Shown: positions 44,390-54,020, counted from the first letter of the stretch. The stretch is 64,000 bases of DNA from Thermodesulfovibrionales bacterium (GCA_030019415.1 JASEEX010000004.1:196-64195), one strand, 5' to 3'. Translations and numbers: made by a program. Notes: generated by a model from the sequence alone, not told the origin.

Positions 44390-45391
44390 ATGCCCCTTTC
44401 CGCCGCTATAGACATAGGATCTAACACAATCAGACTTCTCATAGGTAACGTTAGAGATAACAAGATTGAGCATGTATTTTATGAAAGGAAGATAACGCGT
44501 TTGGCCGAAGGGATCAGCCAGTCCAAGATACTCAAGGATGAACATATTGAAGCCTCAATAGCGGTACTGAAGGAATTCTCTTCAATTATTCAAAGACAAG
44601 GGGTTAAGGCCATAAGGGCAGTTGCTACAAGCGCTTTAAGAGAAACATACAACTCAGAGATATTTATAAGAAAAGTATTTGCTGATACAGGTATTTCTAT
44701 AGAGGTTATATCAGGTGAAAAAGAGGCAGAGCTTATACTTAAGGGTATTCTTTCATCCTTTCCTGACTTATCCTTTCCTGACTCATCACTCATTATTGAT
44801 ATAGGAGGGGGAAGTACAGAGTGGATATTCTGTAAAGGCAGATATCCCATTGACATGGGAAGCCTCCCTATCGGGGTTGTAAAACTTCATGAGAATTTTA
44901 TCAAGACCGATCCTATCTCAGAGGCAAATATCTCGGAATTGAGCAGGGAGATCCTCACATTTTTAGAAATCCTTAAAAAAAGGATTGGACATCAGGTAAA
45001 CCCCGTTAGAAAATCATTTTCTAACGGGGTAAACAGGAAGACATGCTTTATAGGAACAGCAGGAACCTTTACAACCCTTGCTTCTATTGACTTAAAACTC
45101 AAGACCTATTCGAGGGAAAAAATACATCTCCATGGAATACCTCTGAGCAGACTCCGTGATATGAGTAGAAGATTGTTGGCCCTCCCACTGAGGGAAAGAA
45201 AGAAGGTGGCGGGACTTGAACCTGAGAGGGCAGACTTGATTATACCTGGCATACAATTTACAATTAACGCAATGGAATTTTTTAAGTTTGATGAATTAAT
45301 GGTAAGCGATTATGGTCTCCTTGAGGGAGTGCTCCTCGATACCCTGGAGGAGAGGAATGAAAAAAATATTCAAGAGACCCATAAGCCTTAA
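44390..45391 (+). CDS. Ppx/GppA-family phosphatase
   Basis: AAIDIGSNTIRLLI, ATSA.RE..N and IDIGGGSTE are the typical ASKHA-fold Ppx/GppA motifs. Confidence 0.85.
   Translation: MPLSAAIDIGSNTIRLLIGNVRDNKIEHVFYERKITRLAEGISQSKILKDEHIEASIAVLKEFSSIIQRQGVKAIRAVATSALRETYNSEIFIRKVFADTGISIEVISGEKEAELILKGILSSFPDLSFPDSSLIIDIGGGSTEWIFCKGRYPIDMGSLPIGVVKLHENFIKTDPISEANISELSREILTFLEILKKRIGHQVNPVRKSFSNGVNRKTCFIGTAGTFTTLASIDLKLKTYSREKIHLHGIPLSRLRDMSRRLLALPLRERKKVAGLEPERADLIIPGIQFTINAMEFFKFDELMVSDYGLLEGVLLDTLEERNEKNIQETHKP
44996..45034. repeat. 39-bp palindrome inserted in frame in ppx
   Basis: gtaaaccccgttagaaaatcattttctaacggggtaaac starts on a codon boundary and encodes VNPVRKSFSNGVN. Its ends are identical to those of 8171-8311. 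Confidence 0.75.
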
Positions 45392-46127
45392 ACAGGTGCC
45401 TTTCAGATTCTGTCCAGGTTGCGGACACAGCCTTATACATAGGTTGATTGCTGAGTGTATTGATAATTTAGGCATCAGGGAAAGGGTAGTAGGCATTGCT
45501 CCCGTAGGATGTGCTGTATTTGCCTACGACTATTTTAATTTTGACATACTCGAAGCCCCACATGGCAGACCTCCTGCTACAGCAACTGGACTAAAACGTG
45601 CTATGCCCGACAGGATAATATTTACTTATCAGGGTGACGGAGACCTTGCTGCGATAGGCACAGCCGAGATAATTCATGCTGCTAACAGGGGGGAGAACAT
45701 CTCGGTATTTTTTGTCAACAATGCAACATATGGTATGACAGGTGGCCAAATGGCACCCACTACACTTCCTGGCCAGAAGACAACCACAACACCTTCAGGA
45801 AGAAATACAAAAACTGCTGGTTTTCCCCTGCGTGTCTCAGAGCTCTTGTCCACAATTGAAGGAGCTTCCTATATTGTAAGAACCTCAGTAGATTCTTACA
45901 AAAATCTGATAAATACAAAAAGGGCAATAGAAAAGTCCTTCAGATATCAGATTGAAGAGAGAGGGTTTAGCCTTGTCGAGATACTCTCACCATGTCCAGT
46001 AGATTGGGGATTCACTCCTAAAGATTCAATAATATGGCTTCGAAAGGAGATGATGTCAGTATATCCTCTTGGAACATTGAAGGATAAATTCAAGGGAAAG
46101 AATAAATGGAAAAAGGAATTATTATAG
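45357..46127 (+). CDS. korB: 2-oxoacid:ferredoxin oxidoreductase, beta (TPP-binding) subunit
   Basis: FCPGCGH, GDGD..AIG and N..YGMTGGQ motifs. The start is at MKKIFKRP (45357) after GGAGGAGAGG; the track start 45312 is less likely. Confidence 0.85.
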   Translation: MKKIFKRPISLKQVPFRFCPGCGHSLIHRLIAECIDNLGIRERVVGIAPVGCAVFAYDYFNFDILEAPHGRPPATATGLKRAMPDRIIFTYQGDGDLAAIGTAEIIHAANRGENISVFFVNNATYGMTGGQMAPTTLPGQKTTTTPSGRNTKTAGFPLRVSELLSTIEGASYIVRTSVDSYKNLINTKRAIEKSFRYQIEERGFSLVEILSPCPVDWGFTPKDSIIWLRKEMMSVYPLGTLKDKFKGKNKWKKELL

Positions 46128-46672
46128 CTGGCTTCGGGGGCCAAGGCATACTTTTTTTAGGGAGAATCCTTGCATATGCTGGAATGCTCGAAAACAGAGA
46201 AGTGACATGGTTCCCATCTTATGGGGGAGAAATGAGGGGAGGGACTGCAAACTGCACAGTAATCATCTCGGATGAGTTGATAGCTTCCCCAATTGTTAGG
46301 AACCCTGACATACTCATTGTAATGAATGATGAATCACTTCGGAAATTCCTACCACGGCTCAGACAAAAGGGAGTCCTCATACTCGATTCATCTCTTGTCA
46401 AAAACCCGGCGCTGCGGACTGATATAGAAGTTGTTAGAGTTCCAGCAACAGAGATCTCTAATACCATTGGTAATACAAAATCTGCCAATATGGTATTGCT
46501 TGGCGCATTTATTGCTAAAACAAATCTCCTCAAGAAGGAATCAACTTTTGAGGCCCTTGAGAATTCAATGGGCCAAAGAAAAAAAGGCATCGAAATTAAC
46601 AAAAAGGCCATCATGGAGGGTATAAGATTCTTTGAAATCCAAATTTCAAAATCTAAATGTCAAAATATTTGA
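46106..46672 (+). CDS. 2-oxoacid:ferredoxin oxidoreductase, gamma subunit
   Basis: IIIAGFGGQGILFLGRILA.A......EVTWFPSYGGEMRGGTANCTVIIS. The C-terminal ...EIQISKSKCQNI* is encoded by a repeat block. Confidence 0.85.
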   Translation: MEKGIIIAGFGGQGILFLGRILAYAGMLENREVTWFPSYGGEMRGGTANCTVIISDELIASPIVRNPDILIVMNDESLRKFLPRLRQKGVLILDSSLVKNPALRTDIEVVRVPATEISNTIGNTKSANMVLLGAFIAKTNLLKKESTFEALENSMGQRKKGIEINKKAIMEGIRFFEIQISKSKCQNI

Positions 46673-46700
46673 CACTTGAGCTTTGTCATTTGAATTTTTT
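46631..46700. repeat. TTTGAAA/AAATTTCAAA-type short-period repeat block
   Basis: tttgaaatccaaatttcaaaatctaaatgtcaaaatatttgacacttgagctttgtcatttgaatttttt is in inverted orientation relative to 47255-47286. Confidence 0.5.
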
Positions 46701-47295
46701 ATTTAGGTTTTTTAAATACATCTTCCGGGTTAAGCTGTATCTTAATATATGCCTTTTTCCTGAGTTCATTAACATGCATCTTGAGAAGCTGATTAAGTTC
46801 ATCCTCAGCGAAATAGTTTTCGATCTCTTCTCTTACGGCCTCAAATTCCCTACCTTGAAAATCCCCGATGTGCCTTTGATAAAAATCTACCAGTTCTTCC
46901 TCCTTTATCTTTATAAAAGGCCTTATCTTAAGGTCAATATATTCCTTAAGCAGTTCATCCTCAGAGGGTGCCTCCAATCTGATCTTTTTAGCCTCTCTGA
47001 GAAGAAGGATCCTGTTGACCATTGTATTCAAGACCTCCTCTTTTGTAATACCCGGTGTTATCTTCTGCGAGTTCGTATATGCTTCCTCTAATTCACTGAG
47101 GGTTATTGCGGTGTTATCTACAAATGCAACCACACGGTCTTTTATTTCAGCAGAGAGCAATGGGCAGAAAACAAAGAGTAGTAAAAAAGTAATGAGTGAT
47201 GAGTAATGAGTGATGAGTAAAAAAGATTTAGAAAGTATTTTTTGTTTATTTAACTTTGAAATTTGAAATTTGAAATTTGAAATTTTAAAAAGCAT
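46699..47295 (-). CDS. SurA-N-terminal-domain periplasmic chaperone-like protein (no PPIase domain)
   Basis: DRVVAFVDNTAITLSELEE is the SurA/PpiD N-domain signature, preceded by a signal-like LITFLLLFVFCPLLSA. The only canonical start (ATG 47295) lies inside the bamA 3' end. Confidence 0.6.
   Translation of the reverse strand: MLFKISNFKFQISKLNKQKILSKSFLLITHYSSLITFLLLFVFCPLLSAEIKDRVVAFVDNTAITLSELEEAYTNSQKITPGITKEEVLNTMVNRILLLREAKKIRLEAPSEDELLKEYIDLKIRPFIKIKEEELVDFYQRHIGDFQGREFEAVREEIENYFAEDELNQLLKMHVNELRKKAYIKIQLNPEDVFKKPK
47189..47220. repeat. 14-bp tandem repeat x2.3 within the surA-like 5' region
   Basis: gtaatgagtgatga gtaatgagtgatga gtaa. Confidence 0.7.
47255..47286. repeat. Heptanucleotide tandem repeat TTTGAAA x4.5 at codons 4-13 of the surA-like ORF
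   Basis: tttgaaa repeats at 47255, 47262, 47269 and 47276, followed by a partial copy. Confidence 0.8.
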
Positions 47296-49957
47296 GCCCG
47301 ATACTAAAATGTATCTCTCCCCTGCTCTCTCCTAACTCCCTCTGGAGCTTACGACCATAATCGATCCTTATGGGACCAACAGGGGTGTTATACCTGAAAC
47401 CGAGTCCTGCAGTATATTTGAGATTCCCGGGATCTATATCTTTTGCCTTCAGCCAGACATTACCTCCATCGATGAAGGCAACGATTCCTATACCTTTACT
47501 GAGATAGGACCTTAACTCAATGTTACCGAGGAGAAAGGCATTACCTCCAGTTGGAGTCCCGTCTACTCCTTTAGGACCGAGTGTATCCTGCTCATAGCCC
47601 CTAACGGTCGTTCTGCCCCCAAGAAAAAATCTCTCGACAATCGGCAGTTCCTCGGTCTTATGGTACCCCTGGGCAACGCCTCCTCTTAGTGATAAAGCGA
47701 GGACAAAACGTTTATCTACCTGATGGTAGGTACTACCATGAAATAAAAGCTTTACAAAATTTGTCTCAGACAGAAATGCAGGCGAAGTAAATTTAAGAGA
47801 TATCCCTGAAAGGACTCCTTTCTTCGGGTCAAAGGGATTGTCCCTCGTATCGTAAACAATCCCGGGTCTTAGACCGCTTATGGTCAGGGTTCCTGTGTCT
47901 TCTCTACTCAGGATGACATCGGGTTTAACATCGAATGTTTCAACGAGGGAGAAATCATAGTATAACTCTGCCTTAAGGGTATCACTCAATCTTTTCTCCA
48001 GACCTGCCGTGGCACCATACCTCGTCAATCTGTATCTCGTTTCCCTGGTATCGATATTGATCTCCTTTCTGTCTTCACGAAGCAAAAATGCCCTGAATGA
48101 CAATTCTTTACTCAGAAACCAGGGCTCATGATATTGTAATATGTATCGTTTCTCGAGAGAACTCAGCTCAAGCCGTAATGAAGCCTGTCTGTTCATACCC
48201 CAGAGATTCCGATAACTCAAATCTAAAAATCCCCTGAATCTCTCGTAATCACCGTATCCTACGCCGACCTCTACTGCGCCAGCGTTTCCCTCATTCAGTC
48301 TTATCAGGACATCCCTTTCGTGGTTATATCTGTCGAGTACTTCCATATCAACACCCGTAAATAGACCTAACTTATAGAGCCTCCGTCTCTCTTTACCGAG
48401 GATACCCCAGTCAAAGGGCATCCCTTCATGGTGCTTCAACTCCCTCTTTACTACCTCATACCTTGTTCTATAATTTCCTGTAACTATGGTCTTACCAAAA
48501 AAGATTAAATCGCCTTCGTTTATTTGAAAGGTTATGGATGCCTTCTGCCCCTCAAAATTTCTTTCTATTGAGACTATAACGTCCGAAAGGCCATGGGTGT
48601 TGCACAACTCTATAATCCTGTAGCGCGCATCCAAAATATCAACCTCATTGTATGGATCACCAGGTTTTATCCTGACAGCCTTTCTTACCTCCTCCTCAGC
48701 GACGAGAGCTATCCCGACAATCTCCACCTTCTCAATCTCAGTCTTCAAACCTTCATGTATTCTGATAAGGATATCTATCTCCTTAGAACTATCTTCATAT
48801 CTTGTCTGAAACTCTTCGACACCGGCCTCCAGGTATCCGAGGGCATTATAAAACCCTTTGATTGCCTCCCTGTCTGTATCTATGAGGTCGGGATTATAAA
48901 GACCTCCCTCTTTAAGAGACATGACCTCTTTAAGGTTCTTTTCAGGAAGGCTAACCCCGTTGAAATAGATTTCCCTGATCTTTACCTTTGCTCCTTCAAA
49001 TATAAAGAAATTGAGACCTATGAGATCATCCTTCGATGTTATAACAGGTGCTATCTGTGCAAAGGGATATCCCTTTTTATGATAGATAGAAAGCATCCTG
49101 TAGACTGCCTCTTCAACAATATCATCTCTGAAGTCCTCGGCCTCAAAAAAAGGCATTTCTTTAAGAAGGGTCCTTGTGGAAATGGCACTATTGCCTTCTA
49201 TAGAGATTATCAGATGCTTACCGGGATTAACAGGTACATTGAGTGTTCCATCAGCAAATGTATAGGGACCTACAACGGGTCTAAAATATCCTTTATCTTT
49301 ATAGTATGTCTTTATCTTCTCAAGGTCTTTTTTCAATTTCACCTGATCATATATATCTCCCTCGGATAAGCTCATCATCTTTTCTATCTCTTCTGCTACT
49401 TCAGAGACTATGATTTTTTTTATTCTTTCCGGTTCACCTGTATTAACCTGGAGATGTATATTTATCCTGTACGGTTTTTTTAACCTTTCAATCTTTACAT
49501 TGATGTCGGCATGTGGGAATCCTCGCTTTGCTATCTCATGCCTCAGCTCCTCGATAGCGGCCTCGATCATATCATATCTCATGACCTGCCCTTCTCTGAG
49601 AGGAAAGTTCCTCTTTATGATTCTTCTGGAAAGGCCATAATCTCCATCTATATAAATCTTTTCTATAAAATCCCTCTCTCTTACGTTGATAATCACCTTT
49701 TCCCCATCGGTTGTTTCAATAGAGATGTCCTCGAAAATCCCTTTCAAACATGCCCTTTTTATACCCTGCCTTACTCCTCTACTATCAATTGGCTTATCAG
49801 GCCTGATGTCGAGGAGGTCAAGAAGTTCTTTCTTTTCAATAGAGTAGAGCCCGTTGATTTCTATTTCACCGACTATTGCGCCTGAAACCTCAGAGAGTGG
49901 GAAATAAGAAATTAAAAATAGAAAAAGAAATAAGATGTTTCTCATTTCCCATTTCAT
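47285..49957 (-). CDS. bamA: Outer membrane protein assembly factor BamA (POTRA repeats + beta-barrel)
   Basis: 890 aa with a signal peptide and repeated POTRA-like segments. The C-terminal barrel carries RGY, GGN.. and the terminal ...FSIGHAF. Confidence 0.9.
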   Translation of the reverse strand: MKWEMRNILFLFLFLISYFPLSEVSGAIVGEIEINGLYSIEKKELLDLLDIRPDKPIDSRGVRQGIKRACLKGIFEDISIETTDGEKVIINVRERDFIEKIYIDGDYGLSRRIIKRNFPLREGQVMRYDMIEAAIEELRHEIAKRGFPHADINVKIERLKKPYRINIHLQVNTGEPERIKKIIVSEVAEEIEKMMSLSEGDIYDQVKLKKDLEKIKTYYKDKGYFRPVVGPYTFADGTLNVPVNPGKHLIISIEGNSAISTRTLLKEMPFFEAEDFRDDIVEEAVYRMLSIYHKKGYPFAQIAPVITSKDDLIGLNFFIFEGAKVKIREIYFNGVSLPEKNLKEVMSLKEGGLYNPDLIDTDREAIKGFYNALGYLEAGVEEFQTRYEDSSKEIDILIRIHEGLKTEIEKVEIVGIALVAEEEVRKAVRIKPGDPYNEVDILDARYRIIELCNTHGLSDVIVSIERNFEGQKASITFQINEGDLIFFGKTIVTGNYRTRYEVVKRELKHHEGMPFDWGILGKERRRLYKLGLFTGVDMEVLDRYNHERDVLIRLNEGNAGAVEVGVGYGDYERFRGFLDLSYRNLWGMNRQASLRLELSSLEKRYILQYHEPWFLSKELSFRAFLLREDRKEINIDTRETRYRLTRYGATAGLEKRLSDTLKAELYYDFSLVETFDVKPDVILSREDTGTLTISGLRPGIVYDTRDNPFDPKKGVLSGISLKFTSPAFLSETNFVKLLFHGSTYHQVDKRFVLALSLRGGVAQGYHKTEELPIVERFFLGGRTTVRGYEQDTLGPKGVDGTPTGGNAFLLGNIELRSYLSKGIGIVAFIDGGNVWLKAKDIDPGNLKYTAGLGFRYNTPVGPIRIDYGRKLQRELGESRGEIHFSIGHAF

Positions 49958-52900
49958 TTAAATTCAAACCTGAACTTTATATCACCTCCCACACTTCCCC
50001 TCTCATCCCTGATACCTATAAGGGAAATGTTTCTACCGAGGAGATATTCAAGCTTGAGTATCTGTTCTTCGGCAGAACCCAAAGAGCTTGTGTAAGTCAC
50101 AAATAACCTATCGCCGGCAAGCCTTTTCGATACGGTTACCCTCGGCCCAGCCGTACCTGTAGTTTTTGAGACATAGGGATCAATCTGAAGCCTGTCAAGG
50201 CCTGTTATAGTCTTAAGCCTTTCCTCGAAAACACCCTGTAATCTGCCTGTGAGGAATGATGCTGCCTCTCCTGCACCGATACCTCCTTCGAGACCTTTAA
50301 GTTGTTTTCCTACATGCCCGACTGTCAGGAGGGCAAGAATATCCATCTCCTCAAGGGGTGGGTCAGAAGATAGGGAGAGATTGAAATGCTCCATCTGTCC
50401 TTCGAGATTGAGTTTGATATTATATCCCCTTATGCCCGTTTCGGCTGCGATCTCTATAACCGGGTTCAGCCTGTTTGGGTCAGCAAAATCAGCACTCGCA
50501 TGAATTATCCTGAATTCATTGTTCCTGAAATAGACATCCCCTTTTTTTGATTCAAGCCTACCAAACAATATGGGGCGTGATATTGTCCCCCTCAAAACCG
50601 TATCCACCATTACGGGGGCCCTGGCAATGTTGTTATCAATATAAATATTGTCACTACCCAAAATCCTTATATTCAGCTCTGCCCTCTCGAACCTGGATAC
50701 CTCGACCCTGGGTCTCTCCTTAGCCTTCGCCATAAGAAGCCAGCTCTTCCACTCTACCCTTTCCTTGTACCTTGAACGGTTTATCCCTATATCACCACTA
50801 ATGCTGTGGGCATCCGGCGTCCCCTTATATAAAAGGTTACCCTTAAAATTTATGCTAAAATCTTTTGAAAGAGAAGCGGTTATATTATCAAGATCAGCTT
50901 CGAAGTAAAATCTTTTTATGTCAAAGGCCTTGAGATAGAGAAGACCTGATATGTTTATATCACCACCTCCGACCTTGCCAGAAAGTTTCTTCACTATAAT
51001 CCTGTCTTTATCAATGGATGCGTAGCCATTGATTGAACTGATGCGTGGATAATAACCCCTTAATCCAAAAGAGGCATTCGATACACTTAAGCCTCCGTTC
51101 ATCTCAGGCTCCTCCCATTTGCCGGTGACGGAAAAGACAAAATCAGATTCTCCCGTTAGGTGTTCCACTCTCTTGGACAGTCCTTTTAATGGTGAAAGAG
51201 AAGAGCTGCCCTCGAGGAGCAGGTCGTACTCTCTGCCAATTTCTACACCCCCACGGAGCTTGAATAATGAAGTACCACCACTCCTGATAGTAAAGGCTGG
51301 AAAAGAAATTCTCCTGTTATTAATCTGAACCTTTATATTAGAATCGTTTGAAAAGCTGTAACCAAAGAGCGCAAGTGTCAGATGGTTTATGACAGCTTCA
51401 GCTGTTATGTTTTTTCTGTCCCCTTTCATCCCGACATGACCCCTGAGATTAAGAAGCAAGTCTTCTGGCACATCCTTCAGAATTGAACCTAAAATAAAAT
51501 CATATCTGCCTGGCTGAATGTCAAGTTCAGCAGTCCATGGCAACTTATCGTCGAGATTTCCTTTCCCCGTGAGTTCTACCTTTTCATCAAATAGAGAGGC
51601 CTTCAGTAGGATATTCTTGTTTTTAATCGCCATATTTATAATGCCGCTACCCAGGGATCTACCTTTAAAAACACCTCCGACCATTTTTGCATTCAGTGTA
51701 ATAGTAGGGTCTTTAAAAGTACCGTGACCTTCTGACTGTATGCTTAAAAAGGCACCTTCAGGGATGTTCCCGAGCCCGATGTCTTTTATTAGAATCCTCT
51801 CTGATGAGGCCCTGAAATAAAATTTCTCATCCGAGGAAATCTTGCCTTCCGCCGTCAGGGTCGAGGTACCTTGCCTGATTATGGTCTTTTTGAAGGAAAG
51901 CCCTTTATTGAGATATGAAAAGGTCATGGATGCAGAGTCAAAGGGAATCTTATATACCTCTGCCTTCTCTATATGGGCATCACCGGCAATTTCAATATCT
52001 TTACCCTTGCCTCCGATCTTGAAATCTGCATTCATCCTTCCTGTTAACAGGAGATCCTTATAGAATATCTGTATAACCCCTCTTAGATCAGCGTTCTTAA
52101 TGGTAGCATTCATTTCATACACGGGTCCTGAAAATTCGAAAAGTTCTTCTGCCTCAGGAAATAATATCCTACCCTTCACCCCGTGCTCTTCTCCGGGTGG
52201 CAAGAGAAGGAGTTCATGGACATTCAGGAGGTTTTTGTTATACGAGAAGCGTGATGTAATGCGGTATGCCCTGTACCCCTCTACAGAGGCATTCGATATA
52301 TCAATCCTTCCGGATATATCGGGATTATCAAATGTGCCTGTTATCCCTCCAGAAAAATTCCCCTGGCCCTTAAGCCCAGTGTAGTAAGGTAGAATCAGAT
52401 CAGAGACCTCATTTGTATTAAGCCTGCCTTTAAGGTTGAGGGTTTTTTTAGTGATATCAATTGTGCCTTCCGCCTGGAGGTCAGATAGAGATGTTCTCAC
52501 TTGTAGATTAGATAAAGAAAGGATATCACCTCGTAGAGAATAAGACCCTTTTATATTCCTTATCCTGTCGAGAACATTATCAGTCGAGGGTTGATACTCT
52601 TTACTCTTTGCTCTTTGCTCTCTGCTCTGTGCCTTGTAGAGAAACCACCCTTCGGGTTTAAATTCGCTGCCCGATGTTACAAGCTCTCCATCGACCTTGC
52701 CTGCTGGTATCTCAGGCTCCCAACCTATGAGCATGAGGGCAGCACTGCTATCTATCGAATTAAACTTCACATTTAGGGTGAAAGGCTCAACACTGGGGAG
52801 GTTTATAGATGCCTCAGCCTTAGCATTACCGCTATACAATTCGGCATTGCCATTCTTGAATCTCATTAACCCATCCTGATAGGTTACATCGCACCTGAGT

Positions 52901-53952
52901 GAATCTACCTCAACGCCGAAAAGATTGCCCTTTCGAAGCCTTGCCTTCGCCACAGCAGAGATATCAAAAAGCCTCCCTTTTATCTCACCATGAAAATCAA
53001 CAAGCCCCTCCACCTTCTCCTTTACCTTCAGCATTTCCATCAACGTCTGAATATAAAAATCACCCTTAAGTTTTAAATCTACGAAAATGTCTCTCCATTG
53101 CTGAAGGCCCTCAAGTCTTATTTCGCCTTTTGCAGAAATCCTCCCCTCACCTCTCTCCTTGAGATTAAAGATGCGCTTCACGGAATCAACGAGGAGGGCT
53201 ATCTCGGTCCTTAAAGTTCCCTTACCCTTAGAATAAAACCCTGAACCCTCTAATGCGGAGCCATATGAACCGATGTTGAGCCTCTTTATCTCGACTTCAT
53301 CTTCTCTGAAGACGAGGGAGGCATTAATATCCCCTATAAGTTCAGGCAACCCTTCCCTCCTTATGCCAAAATTTTTTATAGATATCTTGAGCCTCGGATC
53401 TCTGCCGAAGATTACCTCACCTCCAAGCCCTTTTATGCCTATGAGGCTTTTCAAATCTTCGTCTCTTAAAGAAGCAGAACCTTCATTTATCTCAACTACC
53501 TTTATCCAGACCCTAAATGGAAGCCTTCTCTTCCCTTCGAGATATGCCTTAAAACTTCTTATCACCTCACCAATCTGTTCTTTATCTGTGGATATATCGG
53601 GCTCCTTTATTACAAGCCTGCGAATAGAAATGCGCTTACTTAATAGCCCCAGAGGCTCTACGTATCCTTTCACCCTGTTTGCGAAGAGTATCCTTTTACC
53701 ATCTTCATCAAAAACCTTCATGCCCTTTGCCTCTATGAAGAAGGGAAATATATTGATATAAATCTTCTGTGCTATTACCCTCTGTCTGAATGCAGCTTCT
53801 AATTCAGGGAGTATAAGCCTCTTGAGGACATTCGATACGTGCGGTCCTCTCGAAATAAATATTACAAGGCCTACAATAATTGTAAAGAATAAAAGGTATA
53901 AAACCTTTACCAGCCTTCTCCGTCCTTGCGGTTCTCCGATAGAATCTTTCAT
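49954..53952 (-). CDS. tamB: TamB / translocation and assembly module protein (AsmA-like, DUF490 C-terminus)
   Basis: 1332 aa with an N-terminal TM anchor, a long beta-rich repetitive body and a conserved C-terminus ...LSSDPPL...DILALL..G...... It overlaps bamA by 4 nt. Confidence 0.8.
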   Translation of the reverse strand: MKDSIGEPQGRRRLVKVLYLLFFTIIVGLVIFISRGPHVSNVLKRLILPELEAAFRQRVIAQKIYINIFPFFIEAKGMKVFDEDGKRILFANRVKGYVEPLGLLSKRISIRRLVIKEPDISTDKEQIGEVIRSFKAYLEGKRRLPFRVWIKVVEINEGSASLRDEDLKSLIGIKGLGGEVIFGRDPRLKISIKNFGIRREGLPELIGDINASLVFREDEVEIKRLNIGSYGSALEGSGFYSKGKGTLRTEIALLVDSVKRIFNLKERGEGRISAKGEIRLEGLQQWRDIFVDLKLKGDFYIQTLMEMLKVKEKVEGLVDFHGEIKGRLFDISAVAKARLRKGNLFGVEVDSLRCDVTYQDGLMRFKNGNAELYSGNAKAEASINLPSVEPFTLNVKFNSIDSSAALMLIGWEPEIPAGKVDGELVTSGSEFKPEGWFLYKAQSREQRAKSKEYQPSTDNVLDRIRNIKGSYSLRGDILSLSNLQVRTSLSDLQAEGTIDITKKTLNLKGRLNTNEVSDLILPYYTGLKGQGNFSGGITGTFDNPDISGRIDISNASVEGYRAYRITSRFSYNKNLLNVHELLLLPPGEEHGVKGRILFPEAEELFEFSGPVYEMNATIKNADLRGVIQIFYKDLLLTGRMNADFKIGGKGKDIEIAGDAHIEKAEVYKIPFDSASMTFSYLNKGLSFKKTIIRQGTSTLTAEGKISSDEKFYFRASSERILIKDIGLGNIPEGAFLSIQSEGHGTFKDPTITLNAKMVGGVFKGRSLGSGIINMAIKNKNILLKASLFDEKVELTGKGNLDDKLPWTAELDIQPGRYDFILGSILKDVPEDLLLNLRGHVGMKGDRKNITAEAVINHLTLALFGYSFSNDSNIKVQINNRRISFPAFTIRSGGTSLFKLRGGVEIGREYDLLLEGSSSLSPLKGLSKRVEHLTGESDFVFSVTGKWEEPEMNGGLSVSNASFGLRGYYPRISSINGYASIDKDRIIVKKLSGKVGGGDINISGLLYLKAFDIKRFYFEADLDNITASLSKDFSINFKGNLLYKGTPDAHSISGDIGINRSRYKERVEWKSWLLMAKAKERPRVEVSRFERAELNIRILGSDNIYIDNNIARAPVMVDTVLRGTISRPILFGRLESKKGDVYFRNNEFRIIHASADFADPNRLNPVIEIAAETGIRGYNIKLNLEGQMEHFNLSLSSDPPLEEMDILALLTVGHVGKQLKGLEGGIGAGEAASFLTGRLQGVFEERLKTITGLDRLQIDPYVSKTTGTAGPRVTVSKRLAGDRLFVTYTSSLGSAEEQILKLEYLLGRNISLIGIRDERGSVGGDIKFRFEFK
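52596..52630. repeat. Heptamer-period repeat (RCTCTNT x5) in frame inside tamB
   Basis: actcttt actcttt gctcttt gctctct gctctgt encodes ...QSREQRAKSKEY... on the minus strand. Confidence 0.6.
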
Positions 53953-54020
53953 AATGCAGTAACTAATTCCAGTGCCTTAAATTACTAAGTTTGCCTTACT
54001 ATTATATGATATAATTTACT

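Noticed and set aside
48593-49369. 258-aa plus-strand ORF (and similar ORFs at 53273-53761, 54056-54631, 35799-36302, 60104-60517)
   Set aside because: All are antisense to strongly supported genes (bamA, tamB, trkA, nrdJ, marC) and have no motifs of their own.
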